Origin: an uncultured Arcobacter sp.
Lineage (GTDB): Bacteria > Campylobacterota > Campylobacteria > Campylobacterales > Arcobacteraceae
Direction of reading: 5' to 3'
Assembly (NCBI GenBank): GCA_965140705.1
Contig: OZ223300.1
Location: 608,001 to 672,000, forward strand
Length of the DNA stretch: 64,000 bases
The position numbers and the translations under genes were made by a program. Positions 41,136 to 51,759 of this stretch are shown here, one piece after another. The notes under the pieces are model-generated. The model did not search any database. It saw only the letters and a list, made by a program, of their open reading frames with translations, and had not been told where the DNA came from. Every line of letters starts with the position of its first letter. The first letter of the stretch is position 1.

Positions 41136-42062
41136 CTATTTTAACAATTTTGCAGAATACTCTTTTGGAGAGATATTTTCATATTTTTTAAAAAATCTAG
41201 AAAAATATGAGGGATTTTCAAAACCTAATGCATAAGCAATATCTTGGATAGTTTTATCTTGTGAAACCATTTCTCTTTTTGCTTCTAGGATTAATCTATT
41301 ATGAATCATTTGAGTAATAGTATATCCTGAAACTTTTTTAATAATTTCATTTAATCTTTTTGATGAGAGTTCCATCTTTCTTGCATAAAAATCACTACTT
41401 TTTTCTACTTTGTAATTCTCTTCAATAAGGTTTTTTAATATTGTTAATTTTTTGAAATTTGAATCTTTTATTTCACTTGATTCTATTTTTAATTCTTCCA
41501 TATAAAATAAGAGAGTTTCAAGGAGGGATTTTAATATAGAATTATTATGTTCTTCTTTAGTATATTCTTTTTCAAAAATTTGAATAAGAGAAAAAAATGT
41601 TTCAAACTCATTTTCTTTGTAGGTCAAATAAGGATTATTTTCATAAGTATAAAAAAGTTTTGATAATAGTTGTTTTATCTTATCCCCATTTTCTAGTAAA
41701 AAAGCTTCATTGAAATTTATTATATATCCATCAAAGTCATCTTTATACTCTTTTATTTTCCATTTGTGTGTTTGATTTGGATATATAAAATAAATATAAC
41801 CAGCTTTTAAAGGGTATTCAATAAAGTCTATTTCATGGAAGTGTTCACCTTCTTTAGCTTTAGTTATTATTACTATTTCAAAGTATTTATGTCTATGAAT
41901 AGGAATGTATGCATTTTTACATCTCTCACTTATTATTGAAAGTCTAATTTGTTTTTGATAGGTGATTTCGTAACTTGGTATATATTTAGTATTTAGCATT
42001 CCTTTATAATCTTTTACACCATTATTAAAAAGTTCTTTTATGAACGCAATACCCATAGTCAT
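41136..42062 (-). CDS. AraC family regulator with cupin N-terminal domain
   Basis: HRHKYFEI, C-terminal IAYALGFENPSYFSRFFKK. Confidence 0.92.
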   Translation of the reverse strand: MTMGIAFIKELFNNGVKDYKGMLNTKYIPSYEITYQKQIRLSIISERCKNAYIPIHRHKYFEIVIITKAKEGEHFHEIDFIEYPLKAGYIYFIYPNQTHKWKIKEYKDDFDGYIINFNEAFLLENGDKIKQLLSKLFYTYENNPYLTYKENEFETFFSLIQIFEKEYTKEEHNNSILKSLLETLLFYMEELKIESSEIKDSNFKKLTILKNLIEENYKVEKSSDFYARKMELSSKRLNEIIKKVSGYTITQMIHNRLILEAKREMVSQDKTIQDIAYALGFENPSYFSRFFKKYENISPKEYSAKLLK

Positions 42063-42079
42063 TTTAAATTCCTTTTAAA

Positions 42080-42097
42080 TACGAACAAATGTGCGTA
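42080..42097. promoter_or_regulatory. Operator-like motif TACGAACAAATGTGCGTA between the putative -10 and the RBS of the AraC gene
   Basis: Near-palindromic variant of the recurring motif; minus-strand TATAAT directly upstream. Confidence 0.6.
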
Positions 42098-42167
42098 AAT
42101 TATAACAACTAATGATTTAAGATTAACTTAAGTTAAAAATACTATTTTGGAATTATTTTTTAAAAGA

Positions 42168-42197
42168 AAATATAAGCATTGAAAAATGCTTATATTT
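42168..42197 (-). terminator. Hairpin terminator after the CoA ligase operon
   Basis: aaatataagcatt-gaaa-aatgcttatattt. Confidence 0.65.
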
Positions 42198-42202
42198 AAA
42201 GT

Positions 42203-44338
42203 TTATTCTAATACTATTAGTGCATCTAAGGCAAGTACACCTTCTGGTTTTGCAACTAAAGGATTAATTTCTATCTCTATAATTCTATCATTTGAAACGA
42301 TTAAATCTGAGATTTTAGTAACTACTTGGGCAATAGCATTTAAATCAACAGCCTTACTACCTCTAACACCATGTAACAATGCAGCAGATTTTAAAGAAGA
42401 TAACTCTTTAATGATTGCTTCAACTCCTAAATCAGGAGTGATTAAGCACACATCTTTAAGTGTTTCAATCCAAATACCTCCCATTCCTACAAGAACTATT
42501 GAACCCCATAGTGGATCTTTTCTTGCTCCAATAACAATCTCAAGACCTGGTTCTTCCATAGCTTCAATTAGTAAACCATCTAATTCAACACCCATATCAG
42601 TAATTTTTTTACTCATTTTATTAAAAGTATTTTTAAGTTGAGTATCATTTTTTATATTTAATAAAACCCCACCTGCATCAGTTTTATGTGCTAAATTTGC
42701 AGCTTGTGCTTTTACAACTACTGGATAAGATATCTCATTAGCAATTTTTATTGCTTCATCTGCACTTGTAGCTAATCTACCTTTTGGAGTAGGTATATTT
42801 AAAGCAGATAAAACTTCCTTACCTTTATATTCAACAACATTACCACTTGGCAAAGAATCTAAAGATGTAAGTTTTTCTATTTTTATCTCTCTTTTCTGTT
42901 TATTTTTATTAATACATAATTTGTTTAAATTTGATAAGGTTCTAATAGCACTACTTAACGATTTTCCAAAAACAACACCTTCTTTTCTAGCAAGTTCTAA
43001 AAACTCTTTTTCAAATGTACCTGCTTCGTTAAGTGCAACATAAATTGAAGGTTTTTGTGGATTATTTTTTGCACTTTTTATAAAACCTTCTAAATATTGT
43101 AATTTTACATCTAGACTTTGGTCAATTGGCAATATAGCAATTGTACTTCCTATTTTTGGTTCACTTGATAATAATTCTAAACCTGAACCTACAAGAGAAG
43201 GTTTTTTACTTACTTCAATTCCTAAATCAAGAGGATTTCTTGCTGGTAAATATGATGGAAGAATCTCTTTTAATTTTTCTTCTACTTCTTCTGATAGTTT
43301 TGACATTGTTAAATTATGATCTTCAAAATGATCTGATGCTATGGCACAAACTGCACCTGAATGAGTTATTAGTCCTATTTCTCCTTGAACTGGATTTGGA
43401 AATCTTAATAATAATTCACTAAGCATAATTAATTCTTCTAAACTATCAACCATAGCAACACCAGCATTGGTAAGTTTTATTTTCATCAAATCATAATCAG
43501 CCGTTAATGAACCAGTATGCGATTGAGTGATACTTTTTGAAGCTTCACTTCGTCCTGAGTGCATCAAAATTATATTTTTATTTTTACTATTAGCCTTTTT
43601 TACTGTTTCAAGAAGTTTTTTAGGGTTTTTTATCTCTTCTGCATAAATTGCAATTGCACTTGTATATTCATCTTCTATAAAAAACTCTATTAAATCAGAT
43701 AATTTAATATCTGCTTGATTCCCTACAGTTACTGAATAAGTTGTAGGTACACCTCTTGTTCCAAATGATTGACCAATAAACATACCAATTCCACCACTTT
43801 GGGTTACTATTGCAACACCTTTTGAACCATTTTTATCAAATGGAACTTGTTTTGGCATATCAATAATTCCAAGATGAAAATCATCAATATAATTGAAATA
43901 TCCAATACAATTTGGACCAATCATTCTTATATTGTTTTCATAAGCAAATTTACCTATCTTTTCTTGAAGAATTAGACCTTCTTTTCCTAATTCTGCAAAT
44001 CCCGATGAAAGACAAGTAACAGTTTTTACTCCGATATTTTTTAAATCAACAATTGCATCATAAACACTATTAGCTGGAATTGCTAATATTCCTAGATCAA
44101 TATCTTTAGGTAATAGGTTTATATCAGTTAGAATTTCTATCCCGTCAATATTACCAGTATTTCTTCCAAGAAGATGGATTTCCCCTTTATATCCATTTCT
44201 CACTAGATTATTTATAATATTTCTAGCTGAAGAACCTTCTTTTTCTGATGCACCTAATATTACTAATGAACTAGGATTTAATAATGAAGATATAGAATTA
44301 ACTGTATCTTCACTTGATAATATATTTTTATTTTTCAA
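42203..44338 (-). CDS. ADP-forming acyl-CoA synthetase, probable feruloyl/hydroxycinnamoyl-CoA synthetase (FerA type)
   Basis: SSGFAE, GPNCIG, QSGG, SHTGSL, NPLD, HKTDAGGV, EINPL; TTG start at 44338 after GGAGG; in an operon with ech. Confidence 0.82.
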   Translation of the reverse strand: MKNKNILSSEDTVNSISSLLNPSSLVILGASEKEGSSARNIINNLVRNGYKGEIHLLGRNTGNIDGIEILTDINLLPKDIDLGILAIPANSVYDAIVDLKNIGVKTVTCLSSGFAELGKEGLILQEKIGKFAYENNIRMIGPNCIGYFNYIDDFHLGIIDMPKQVPFDKNGSKGVAIVTQSGGIGMFIGQSFGTRGVPTTYSVTVGNQADIKLSDLIEFFIEDEYTSAIAIYAEEIKNPKKLLETVKKANSKNKNIILMHSGRSEASKSITQSHTGSLTADYDLMKIKLTNAGVAMVDSLEELIMLSELLLRFPNPVQGEIGLITHSGAVCAIASDHFEDHNLTMSKLSEEVEEKLKEILPSYLPARNPLDLGIEVSKKPSLVGSGLELLSSEPKIGSTIAILPIDQSLDVKLQYLEGFIKSAKNNPQKPSIYVALNEAGTFEKEFLELARKEGVVFGKSLSSAIRTLSNLNKLCINKNKQKREIKIEKLTSLDSLPSGNVVEYKGKEVLSALNIPTPKGRLATSADEAIKIANEISYPVVVKAQAANLAHKTDAGGVLLNIKNDTQLKNTFNKMSKKITDMGVELDGLLIEAMEEPGLEIVIGARKDPLWGSIVLVGMGGIWIETLKDVCLITPDLGVEAIIKELSSLKSAALLHGVRGSKAVDLNAIAQVVTKISDLIVSNDRIIEIEINPLVAKPEGVLALDALIVLE

Positions 44339-44361
44339 TTTATAATCCCCCTCCTGATTCA

Positions 44362-45807
44362 TTAAAATGGATAGTGCCTATTACCAATTGCTTCAATAGT
44401 AACCCATTTTAATTCTGTCATTTCTTCAATAGAAAAATGACCACCTTCTCTACCCATACCACTCTCTTTAATTCCTCCAAATGGAGAATTTACTTCATCT
44501 TGAACTGTAGGACCATTTACATGTACCATTCCAGCTTCAATCTCTTCTGATAATTTTAGTGCTTTTGCTAAATCATTAGTAATCACAGCTGAACTTAATC
44601 CATAAATTGTATTATTTGCTAATTCCACTGCATGATCTGCATCTTTAGCTTTTATTACTGAAACTACTGGTCCAAATACTTCTTCATGAAATACATTCAT
44701 ACTTTCATCAACATGTGATAATACTGTTGGTTTAAAAATAGCCTCATTATATTCATTCCCTGTTAAGGCTTTTGCACCTTTACTTAGAGCATCTGATACT
44801 AAACCATCTATAAAAATACATTGTTTCTTTTCAATTAATGGTCCAATTACAGTTGTTGGGTCATTTGGATCTCCAACTTTTAAGCTACTAACTTTTTTTG
44901 CAAATTTTTCGCAAAATTCATCATAAATTTTTTCTTCAACTATTACTTTAGAACCTACCATACAAACTTGTCCTTGATGAAAGAAAATCCCAAAAGTTGC
45001 TGTATCAACTGCATAATCAATATCAGCATCATTTAATACAATAATTGGACTTTTCCCACCCATTTCTAAAGTTATTTTAGTAAAGTTTTCAGCTGCTGAT
45101 TTTGCAATTATTCTTCCTGCTGCTGTTGAACCTGTAAAAGTAATCATTTTTACTCTTTTGTCTTTTTGGAATGTTTCACCTAAAACAGAACTTGAACAAG
45201 GAATAATATTTAAAACACCATCAGGTAAGCCAGCTTCTTTAAGAATCTCTCCAAAAATAAGCCCAGTAACTGCTGTATTTGTTGAAGGTTTTAGTACAAA
45301 AGTATTTCCTGCTGCTATTGCCATTGCTAGTTTTTTTCCTGCTAAAATCATTGGAAAATTAAAAGGAGAAATTCCAGCAATTACACCTAAAGGTCTTCTT
45401 ACACTGTAAGATAATACGTTTGGAGTATTTGAAGAGTGTGTTTGCCCTGAGACTCTTCTTGCCTCTCCTGCTGCTACTCTAAAAACATCTGCTACTTCAA
45501 AAGTTTCAAACATTGCTTTACCAAAAGCAGCTCCAGCTTCTTGAATTAAAATATCTTTAATCTCATCTGATCTTTTTTCTATAATTGAAGCAGCTTTCAA
45601 TAATACGGCTTCTCTCTCTTTTGCTGGTGTATTTGCCCAAGATTTTGATGCCTTATGTGCTATTGAAATTGCTTTATCTATATCTTCAGCACTTGCCATA
45701 TGTAGTTTTGCATAAACTTCTCCAGTCCATGGATTTATATCATCTATTATTGTATTATTTGATGATTCTACATATTCTCCATTTATAAATAATTTGTATT
45801 CTTTCAT
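44362..45807 (-). CDS. vdh: Aromatic aldehyde dehydrogenase, probable vanillin dehydrogenase
   Basis: SPFNFP, FTGST, LEMGGK, HQGQVCM, EEVFGP, PFGG.K.SG.GR; specificity inferred from context. Confidence 0.72.
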   Translation of the reverse strand: MKEYKLFINGEYVESSNNTIIDDINPWTGEVYAKLHMASAEDIDKAISIAHKASKSWANTPAKEREAVLLKAASIIEKRSDEIKDILIQEAGAAFGKAMFETFEVADVFRVAAGEARRVSGQTHSSNTPNVLSYSVRRPLGVIAGISPFNFPMILAGKKLAMAIAAGNTFVLKPSTNTAVTGLIFGEILKEAGLPDGVLNIIPCSSSVLGETFQKDKRVKMITFTGSTAAGRIIAKSAAENFTKITLEMGGKSPIIVLNDADIDYAVDTATFGIFFHQGQVCMVGSKVIVEEKIYDEFCEKFAKKVSSLKVGDPNDPTTVIGPLIEKKQCIFIDGLVSDALSKGAKALTGNEYNEAIFKPTVLSHVDESMNVFHEEVFGPVVSVIKAKDADHAVELANNTIYGLSSAVITNDLAKALKLSEEIEAGMVHVNGPTVQDEVNSPFGGIKESGMGREGGHFSIEEMTELKWVTIEAIGNRHYPF

Positions 45808-45808
45808 C

Positions 45809-46849
45809 TTATTCTCCAGCCATAGATTTTTTTACAGCATCAATAATTTTTTGACCATCAATACCTTTTTTATTGACATCTTTAATCCATCTTAATGTTA
45901 CTTTATGTGCTACATCTTTGAACTTTTTAGTCTCTTCATCACTTAATGTTATAACTTCACCACCAGATTTTTTTTGCAAATTTTTACCTATTGTTTCGAA
46001 TTTTTTTGCAAATGATGAGAATCTTTTAATTAATGGAATAGCTGTAGTTTCATCAAGTACTTTTTGTAAATCTTTTGGTAGTTTATTATATCTATCTTTA
46101 TTCATTAATAGAAGAAGAACAGAACCACCAAAACCACCACCACCTTTTATTTCAGTAGTATATTTAGTTAAATCTTGGAATTTAAATGCTGGGAATACTT
46201 CCATTGGTAACATAGCTCCATCAATAGCATTTTTTGAAAAAGCTTGTGCAACAGCAGGCAGAGGCATTCCAACAGGTTCAGCACCTAATTCTTCAATATA
46301 CCATCCACCAGTTCTTGAAGGAGATCTAAGTTTCATTCCTTGTAAATCTTCAAGTTTAGTAACTTTTTTAACAGTAGTATCTAATTGATATGGTCCTGCT
46401 AAAGCGACTAAAAGTGGTTTAACTTTTTTAAAGTCATCTTTTAAAAGATTAAAATTTTGTTTTATTGCAAGTGCAGTTTTTAAACTAGAGTTTGTATGTA
46501 TCTCTGGTAGCTCAAAAGCTTCAATTCTTGTGAAAACACCAGGAGTATAACCTGCAACTGTATAAACAATATCAGCTACTCCATCTTTAGCTTGAGAGTA
46601 TAATTCATTTGGTTTACCTCCCATACTCATAGAAGGATATAAATCTATTTTAAGTCTACCATTTGAAAGTTTTTCTACTTCTTTTGCCCATGGCATTAAT
46701 AATTGCACCGTTGGTGGTGCATTTGAACTTAAAAATGTATGTAATGTTAAAGTTATAGGTTTTTTGCTATCTTCACTTCCCCATAAAGAACCAACCATCA
46801 ATAATGAACCTGCTAGTAAAATAGCCCCTTTTTTTACTAATATTCTCAC
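45809..46849 (-). CDS. dctP: TRAP substrate-binding protein (DctP paralogue 2)
   Basis: Same motifs as the other DctPs; inside the hydroxycinnamate operon. Confidence 0.9.
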   Translation of the reverse strand: MRILVKKGAILLAGSLLMVGSLWGSEDSKKPITLTLHTFLSSNAPPTVQLLMPWAKEVEKLSNGRLKIDLYPSMSMGGKPNELYSQAKDGVADIVYTVAGYTPGVFTRIEAFELPEIHTNSSLKTALAIKQNFNLLKDDFKKVKPLLVALAGPYQLDTTVKKVTKLEDLQGMKLRSPSRTGGWYIEELGAEPVGMPLPAVAQAFSKNAIDGAMLPMEVFPAFKFQDLTKYTTEIKGGGGFGGSVLLLLMNKDRYNKLPKDLQKVLDETTAIPLIKRFSSFAKKFETIGKNLQKKSGGEVITLSDEETKKFKDVAHKVTLRWIKDVNKKGIDGQKIIDAVKKSMAGE

Positions 46850-46894
46850 AACTTCCCCTTTTGTATTTATTATATAGTTTATGTTTTTAAATTA

Positions 46895-47722
46895 TTATCT
46901 AACAATATCTTTATTATATGCACCAAGACCTGGTTTATATGTTTTTTCATAAATAAATTGTTTGATACCTTCTTTTCTTCCTGTATTATCAAAATAGTTT
47001 GCAGCCTCTTGTGCTCTTATTAAATAATCTTGTGCATTTTCATAAGTCATTTCTGATACTTTTCTAACTGCTTCTTTTGTAGCTTTAAGTGCAACTGGAT
47101 TTTTCTCTAATAGTACATTACAAACCTCAGTTACTCTATCTTTTAATTTTGATAATTCAACTGATTCATTTACTAATCCCCATTCAGCAGCTTTTACACC
47201 ATTAATATTTTCACCAGTCATTGCATGATACATTGCATTTCTGAAATTCATCGATTCAACAACAACTTTTGTTGCACCTCCACCTGGTAAAATTCCCCAG
47301 TTGATTTCACTAAGACCAAAGGTTGCTTCATTTGCAGCAAAAGCTAAGTCACAAGCAAATAAAGGACCATAAGCACCACCAAAACACCAACCATTTACCA
47401 TAGCAATTGTAGGTTTATAATAATCTCTTAATCTTTTCCACCAACTATAAGCTTCTCTTTGAGATTTTCTAATTCCAGATAAACCCTCTTTTTCAGTTTC
47501 AACAAAATACTCTTTTAAATCCATTCCAGCACTAAAAGCAGTTCCTTCTCCTGTTAATACTAAAACACCAACATCATCTCTATATTCCAATTCATCAAGA
47601 ATTTCCATCATTCTTCTATTTACAGCAGGACTCATACAATTTCTTTTTTCAGGTCTATTGTATTTAACCCATGCAATCTTATTTTCTACTGTGTATACAA
47701 CTACATCTTTTTCACTTGACAT
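46895..47722 (-). CDS. ech: p-Hydroxycinnamoyl-CoA hydratase/lyase (Ech/FerB/HCHL)
   Basis: NRPEKRN.MSP, AGMDLKEYF, KPTIAMVNGWCFGG, FGLSEINWGI.PG, LLEKNPV.L, KPGLGAY. Confidence 0.95.
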   Translation of the reverse strand: MSSEKDVVVYTVENKIAWVKYNRPEKRNCMSPAVNRRMMEILDELEYRDDVGVLVLTGEGTAFSAGMDLKEYFVETEKEGLSGIRKSQREAYSWWKRLRDYYKPTIAMVNGWCFGGAYGPLFACDLAFAANEATFGLSEINWGILPGGGATKVVVESMNFRNAMYHAMTGENINGVKAAEWGLVNESVELSKLKDRVTEVCNVLLEKNPVALKATKEAVRKVSEMTYENAQDYLIRAQEAANYFDNTGRKEGIKQFIYEKTYKPGLGAYNKDIVR

Positions 47723-47744
47723 TTATTTTCCTTTTTTATTAGTT

Positions 47745-49766
47745 TTATTTTGTGTTAATTTGCCAATCATGTGCAAACGCCTCAGGTTTAATATCTTTTA
47801 TTAATGTACTAAGACCTTCTTGAGTATCATCACCTACTTTTTTAAGATGTTTTCTTAATTTTTCTGTAGAAGATAGACCTTTTAAAATTTTAATTGCTTC
47901 AACCTCATTTTTTAATATTTCTGAGTATAAAGCAGCAACAGATTGCTGTGTTTCATCTTGTTTTGATGCATGGGCACATAATGCTAACATTGCCACAAGA
48001 AGTTCAATTTTTTTACCCAATCTATGGATTGGAACCTGTGCATGAGTTTGTTCTAATTGATAGTACAAACTAATACCTAGGTAAAGCCATTTACATTTTC
48101 TTAAATTTCGTTCCGCATATGCTACATATTCTTTTAAATCAGTAGGAATTTCATCATAATGACTTTGCATTGATAGTGGAATTAATCTTTTTAATAGTTT
48201 TGGAATCTCTGCAATACCATTACTAACAATCCATGAAAGTAGCTTATAAAATCCAGGTTTTGCTAAAAGTTTAAGAGTGGCTATAGTACATCTTTTAGGA
48301 TATTTTAGAAATGTTTTTAAATCAATTTTTAAAATCATCTCTTCTTTATCAACGGGTTTCCCATCTTTTATATTTGCTTCTTGTAAAACACTTAACATAC
48401 TTGCTACATTTTGTGTAGTAAATTTAGAAGTAATATCTTTAATCATACCCATGATAATTAAGTCATTTTCTCCTTCAACAATACCAAAAACATGTATGTT
48501 TGATCTAGCTTCTGTTACGCGTGAAGATTGGTCGAAACTTCTTCCTCCAATAACTCTTTCACAAGAGACAAGTGATTCTAAAGCAGAACTTGCCGCAAAT
48601 GATTTTGATATGTCTCTCAATCCTGCTAAGTCAACACCTTTTGCATCTTGACTTAGTGAAAGATGAGATAGGGCTTGTGAAGTTAGAGCTCCACCTAACA
48701 TTTTCCCAATTCTAAGTCTTGGTAACTCATGTTTTATAATATGTCCTCCAACACCTAATCTTTTTGTTGCATAGTTAACTGAGTCTGCCGCCATCATTTT
48801 TTGATAACCAGCACACATAGCTGTTAACATACATCTTCCCATTCTCAAACAATAAAACAGAACTTCAACACCATCTGCTTTTATTTCATTTTCTATTGGT
48901 ATTGGAAAGTTCGAAAATGAGATTCTTGTATTATAAATTGATTTAAATGCATCGGAATTTGTTGATGTGATATTAAAACTGTATTCTCCATTATCAATAT
49001 CTTCTTTTGGAAGTTCAATAATAAATAAACCTATTTTTTTACCATCTTTTCCAACTCTAGCAGCTATTGCCATAATACCTTTGTGAATTGCACTTGTTAT
49101 GTACATTTTATTTGCAGCACCTTGGGCAAATAATCTAAAACAATTATTTTCTTCATCTTTTTCTACATAAGCTTGTATTTTTTTAGCATTAACTCCAACA
49201 CCAACTTCTGTTAGTGCAAAAGAAGTGATTCTCCCTTGGGCAATCATTGGTAAAAAAGTCGATTTTTGATAATCAGTTCCATATCCTAAAAGTGAACTAG
49301 AACCAATAGTAAGTTGCCCCGAGATTTCAACGGCTAATGCACCAATACCATTTGATGCAAGTCCTTCTTCCATAATAGCTAGTTGATTATAGTTTAAACC
49401 TAATCCATTGTATTGTGCTGGAACAGTAAAACCATAAGCATTTTTTTTAGCAACTTCTTCTCTTATAGTATTTGAAAGTTTTCCATCAGATTCAAATGCT
49501 TGACCACTTTCAAGAAGATTTAAAGCAGTTTCTAAAATCTCATCTGCTTCTTTTGTTTTAGCATTATTCATCTCTTCTGCACCAGATGTTAATTCAGAGA
49601 TATTTGGTTGTGGTCCATAAATAAGACGTTCAACTAAACTTGATTGGGTTGTATTTAATTTTTTTGCGGCACCAGACATAGATTCATCTAAAGCACCAAC
49701 ATCTTGGGCTTGTAAATGATCTCCTGCGGCAGATAAAGCTTCAGTAGCAGCTGATTTCGTACACAT
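47745..49766 (-). CDS. Divergent long acyl-CoA dehydrogenase
   Basis: YGT..QK..FLP, SFALTE, KMYITS, GGR.F, IVEGENDL (catalytic Glu motif). Confidence 0.8.
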   Translation of the reverse strand: MCTKSAATEALSAAGDHLQAQDVGALDESMSGAAKKLNTTQSSLVERLIYGPQPNISELTSGAEEMNNAKTKEADEILETALNLLESGQAFESDGKLSNTIREEVAKKNAYGFTVPAQYNGLGLNYNQLAIMEEGLASNGIGALAVEISGQLTIGSSSLLGYGTDYQKSTFLPMIAQGRITSFALTEVGVGVNAKKIQAYVEKDEENNCFRLFAQGAANKMYITSAIHKGIMAIAARVGKDGKKIGLFIIELPKEDIDNGEYSFNITSTNSDAFKSIYNTRISFSNFPIPIENEIKADGVEVLFYCLRMGRCMLTAMCAGYQKMMAADSVNYATKRLGVGGHIIKHELPRLRIGKMLGGALTSQALSHLSLSQDAKGVDLAGLRDISKSFAASSALESLVSCERVIGGRSFDQSSRVTEARSNIHVFGIVEGENDLIIMGMIKDITSKFTTQNVASMLSVLQEANIKDGKPVDKEEMILKIDLKTFLKYPKRCTIATLKLLAKPGFYKLLSWIVSNGIAEIPKLLKRLIPLSMQSHYDEIPTDLKEYVAYAERNLRKCKWLYLGISLYYQLEQTHAQVPIHRLGKKIELLVAMLALCAHASKQDETQQSVAALYSEILKNEVEAIKILKGLSSTEKLRKHLKKVGDDTQEGLSTLIKDIKPEAFAHDWQINTK

Positions 49767-49815
49767 GTTCGATTCCTCATATTGTTTTGAAAAGTTTAAC
49801 AGATATAAACTTAAA

Positions 49816-49860
49816 TATATCTTACTAGTATAATACTTTTAAGATATAAGTATAATACTT
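49816..49860. promoter_or_regulatory. Putative MarR operator: two AGTAT-A-ATACT palindromes, the first inside a longer inverted repeat
   Basis: tatatctta-ct-agtataatact-tt-taagatata, then aagtataatactt, in the divergent intergenic region. Confidence 0.6.
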
Positions 49861-49897
49861 TAATATTATTTAATGTAAATTTGTGTATTATTCCATC

Positions 49898-50383
49898 ATG
49901 AATACACAAGAATTAAAAGAAAGAATAGAAAGAGTAAAAGAATACTCGCCCGAAATTTACAATGATGTTCTACCTATTGTAGTACCATTTTATATGTTTC
50001 AACAGAAATTATTTAATGGAGTAGAAAAGGTACAAGAAAATAAATATCAAATTACACATAGTGAACTTGATGTTTTACGTTGTCTTAAATTATCAAGAAA
50101 TAAAGATAATATATTGAGTCCTACACAAATACATGGCAAACTAATGTTTACTTCAGGAGCTATTACAAAAGTTCTAAGAAAACTTGAAGATAGGGGTTAT
50201 ATTATTCGTTTGGATAATAAACTTGACAAACGAAGCAAATTGGTGCAACTTACAGAAGAGGGTAATAAAGTTTGTACAAATGCTTTAATTGATGTGTTTG
50301 CCTATGAAGAGGAGTCTTTTTCTAAATTGAATAAAGAAGAACAAGAGATTTTTAAAAATCTTTGTTTGAAATTAATACAATAA
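49898..50383 (+). CDS. MarR family regulator (FerR/CouR/HcaR-like by context)
   Basis: ELDVL..L, LSPTQI, TSGAITKVLRKLE.RGYI.R, DKRS.LV.LT. Confidence 0.9.
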   Translation: MNTQELKERIERVKEYSPEIYNDVLPIVVPFYMFQQKLFNGVEKVQENKYQITHSELDVLRCLKLSRNKDNILSPTQIHGKLMFTSGAITKVLRKLEDRGYIIRLDNKLDKRSKLVQLTEEGNKVCTNALIDVFAYEEESFSKLNKEEQEIFKNLCLKLIQ

Positions 50384-50413
50384 ATTAGAAGCTTGAGTTT
50401 GAGCTTCTAATTT
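50382..50413. terminator. Bidirectional terminator between marR and pobA
   Basis: aaattagaagct...agcttctaattt. Confidence 0.7.
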
Positions 50414-50418
50414 ATTTA

Positions 50419-51630
<1,212 letters not shown>

Positions 51631-51673
51631 TTATTTTAATTAGTATAAGGGATTAATGTTTCATATAAAATAC

Positions 51674-51698
51674 TTTTGTTCCATATAGAGGAACAAAA
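51674..51698. promoter_or_regulatory. Putative IclR operator between pobA and its divergent regulator
   Basis: ttttgttcc-atataga-ggaacaaaa perfect 9-bp inverted repeat. Confidence 0.65.
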
Positions 51699-51759
51699 TA
51701 AGCAATTTTCAAAGAAATTTGCAATATAATGGATAAAAATCAATATTTTAGGAAAAAAT

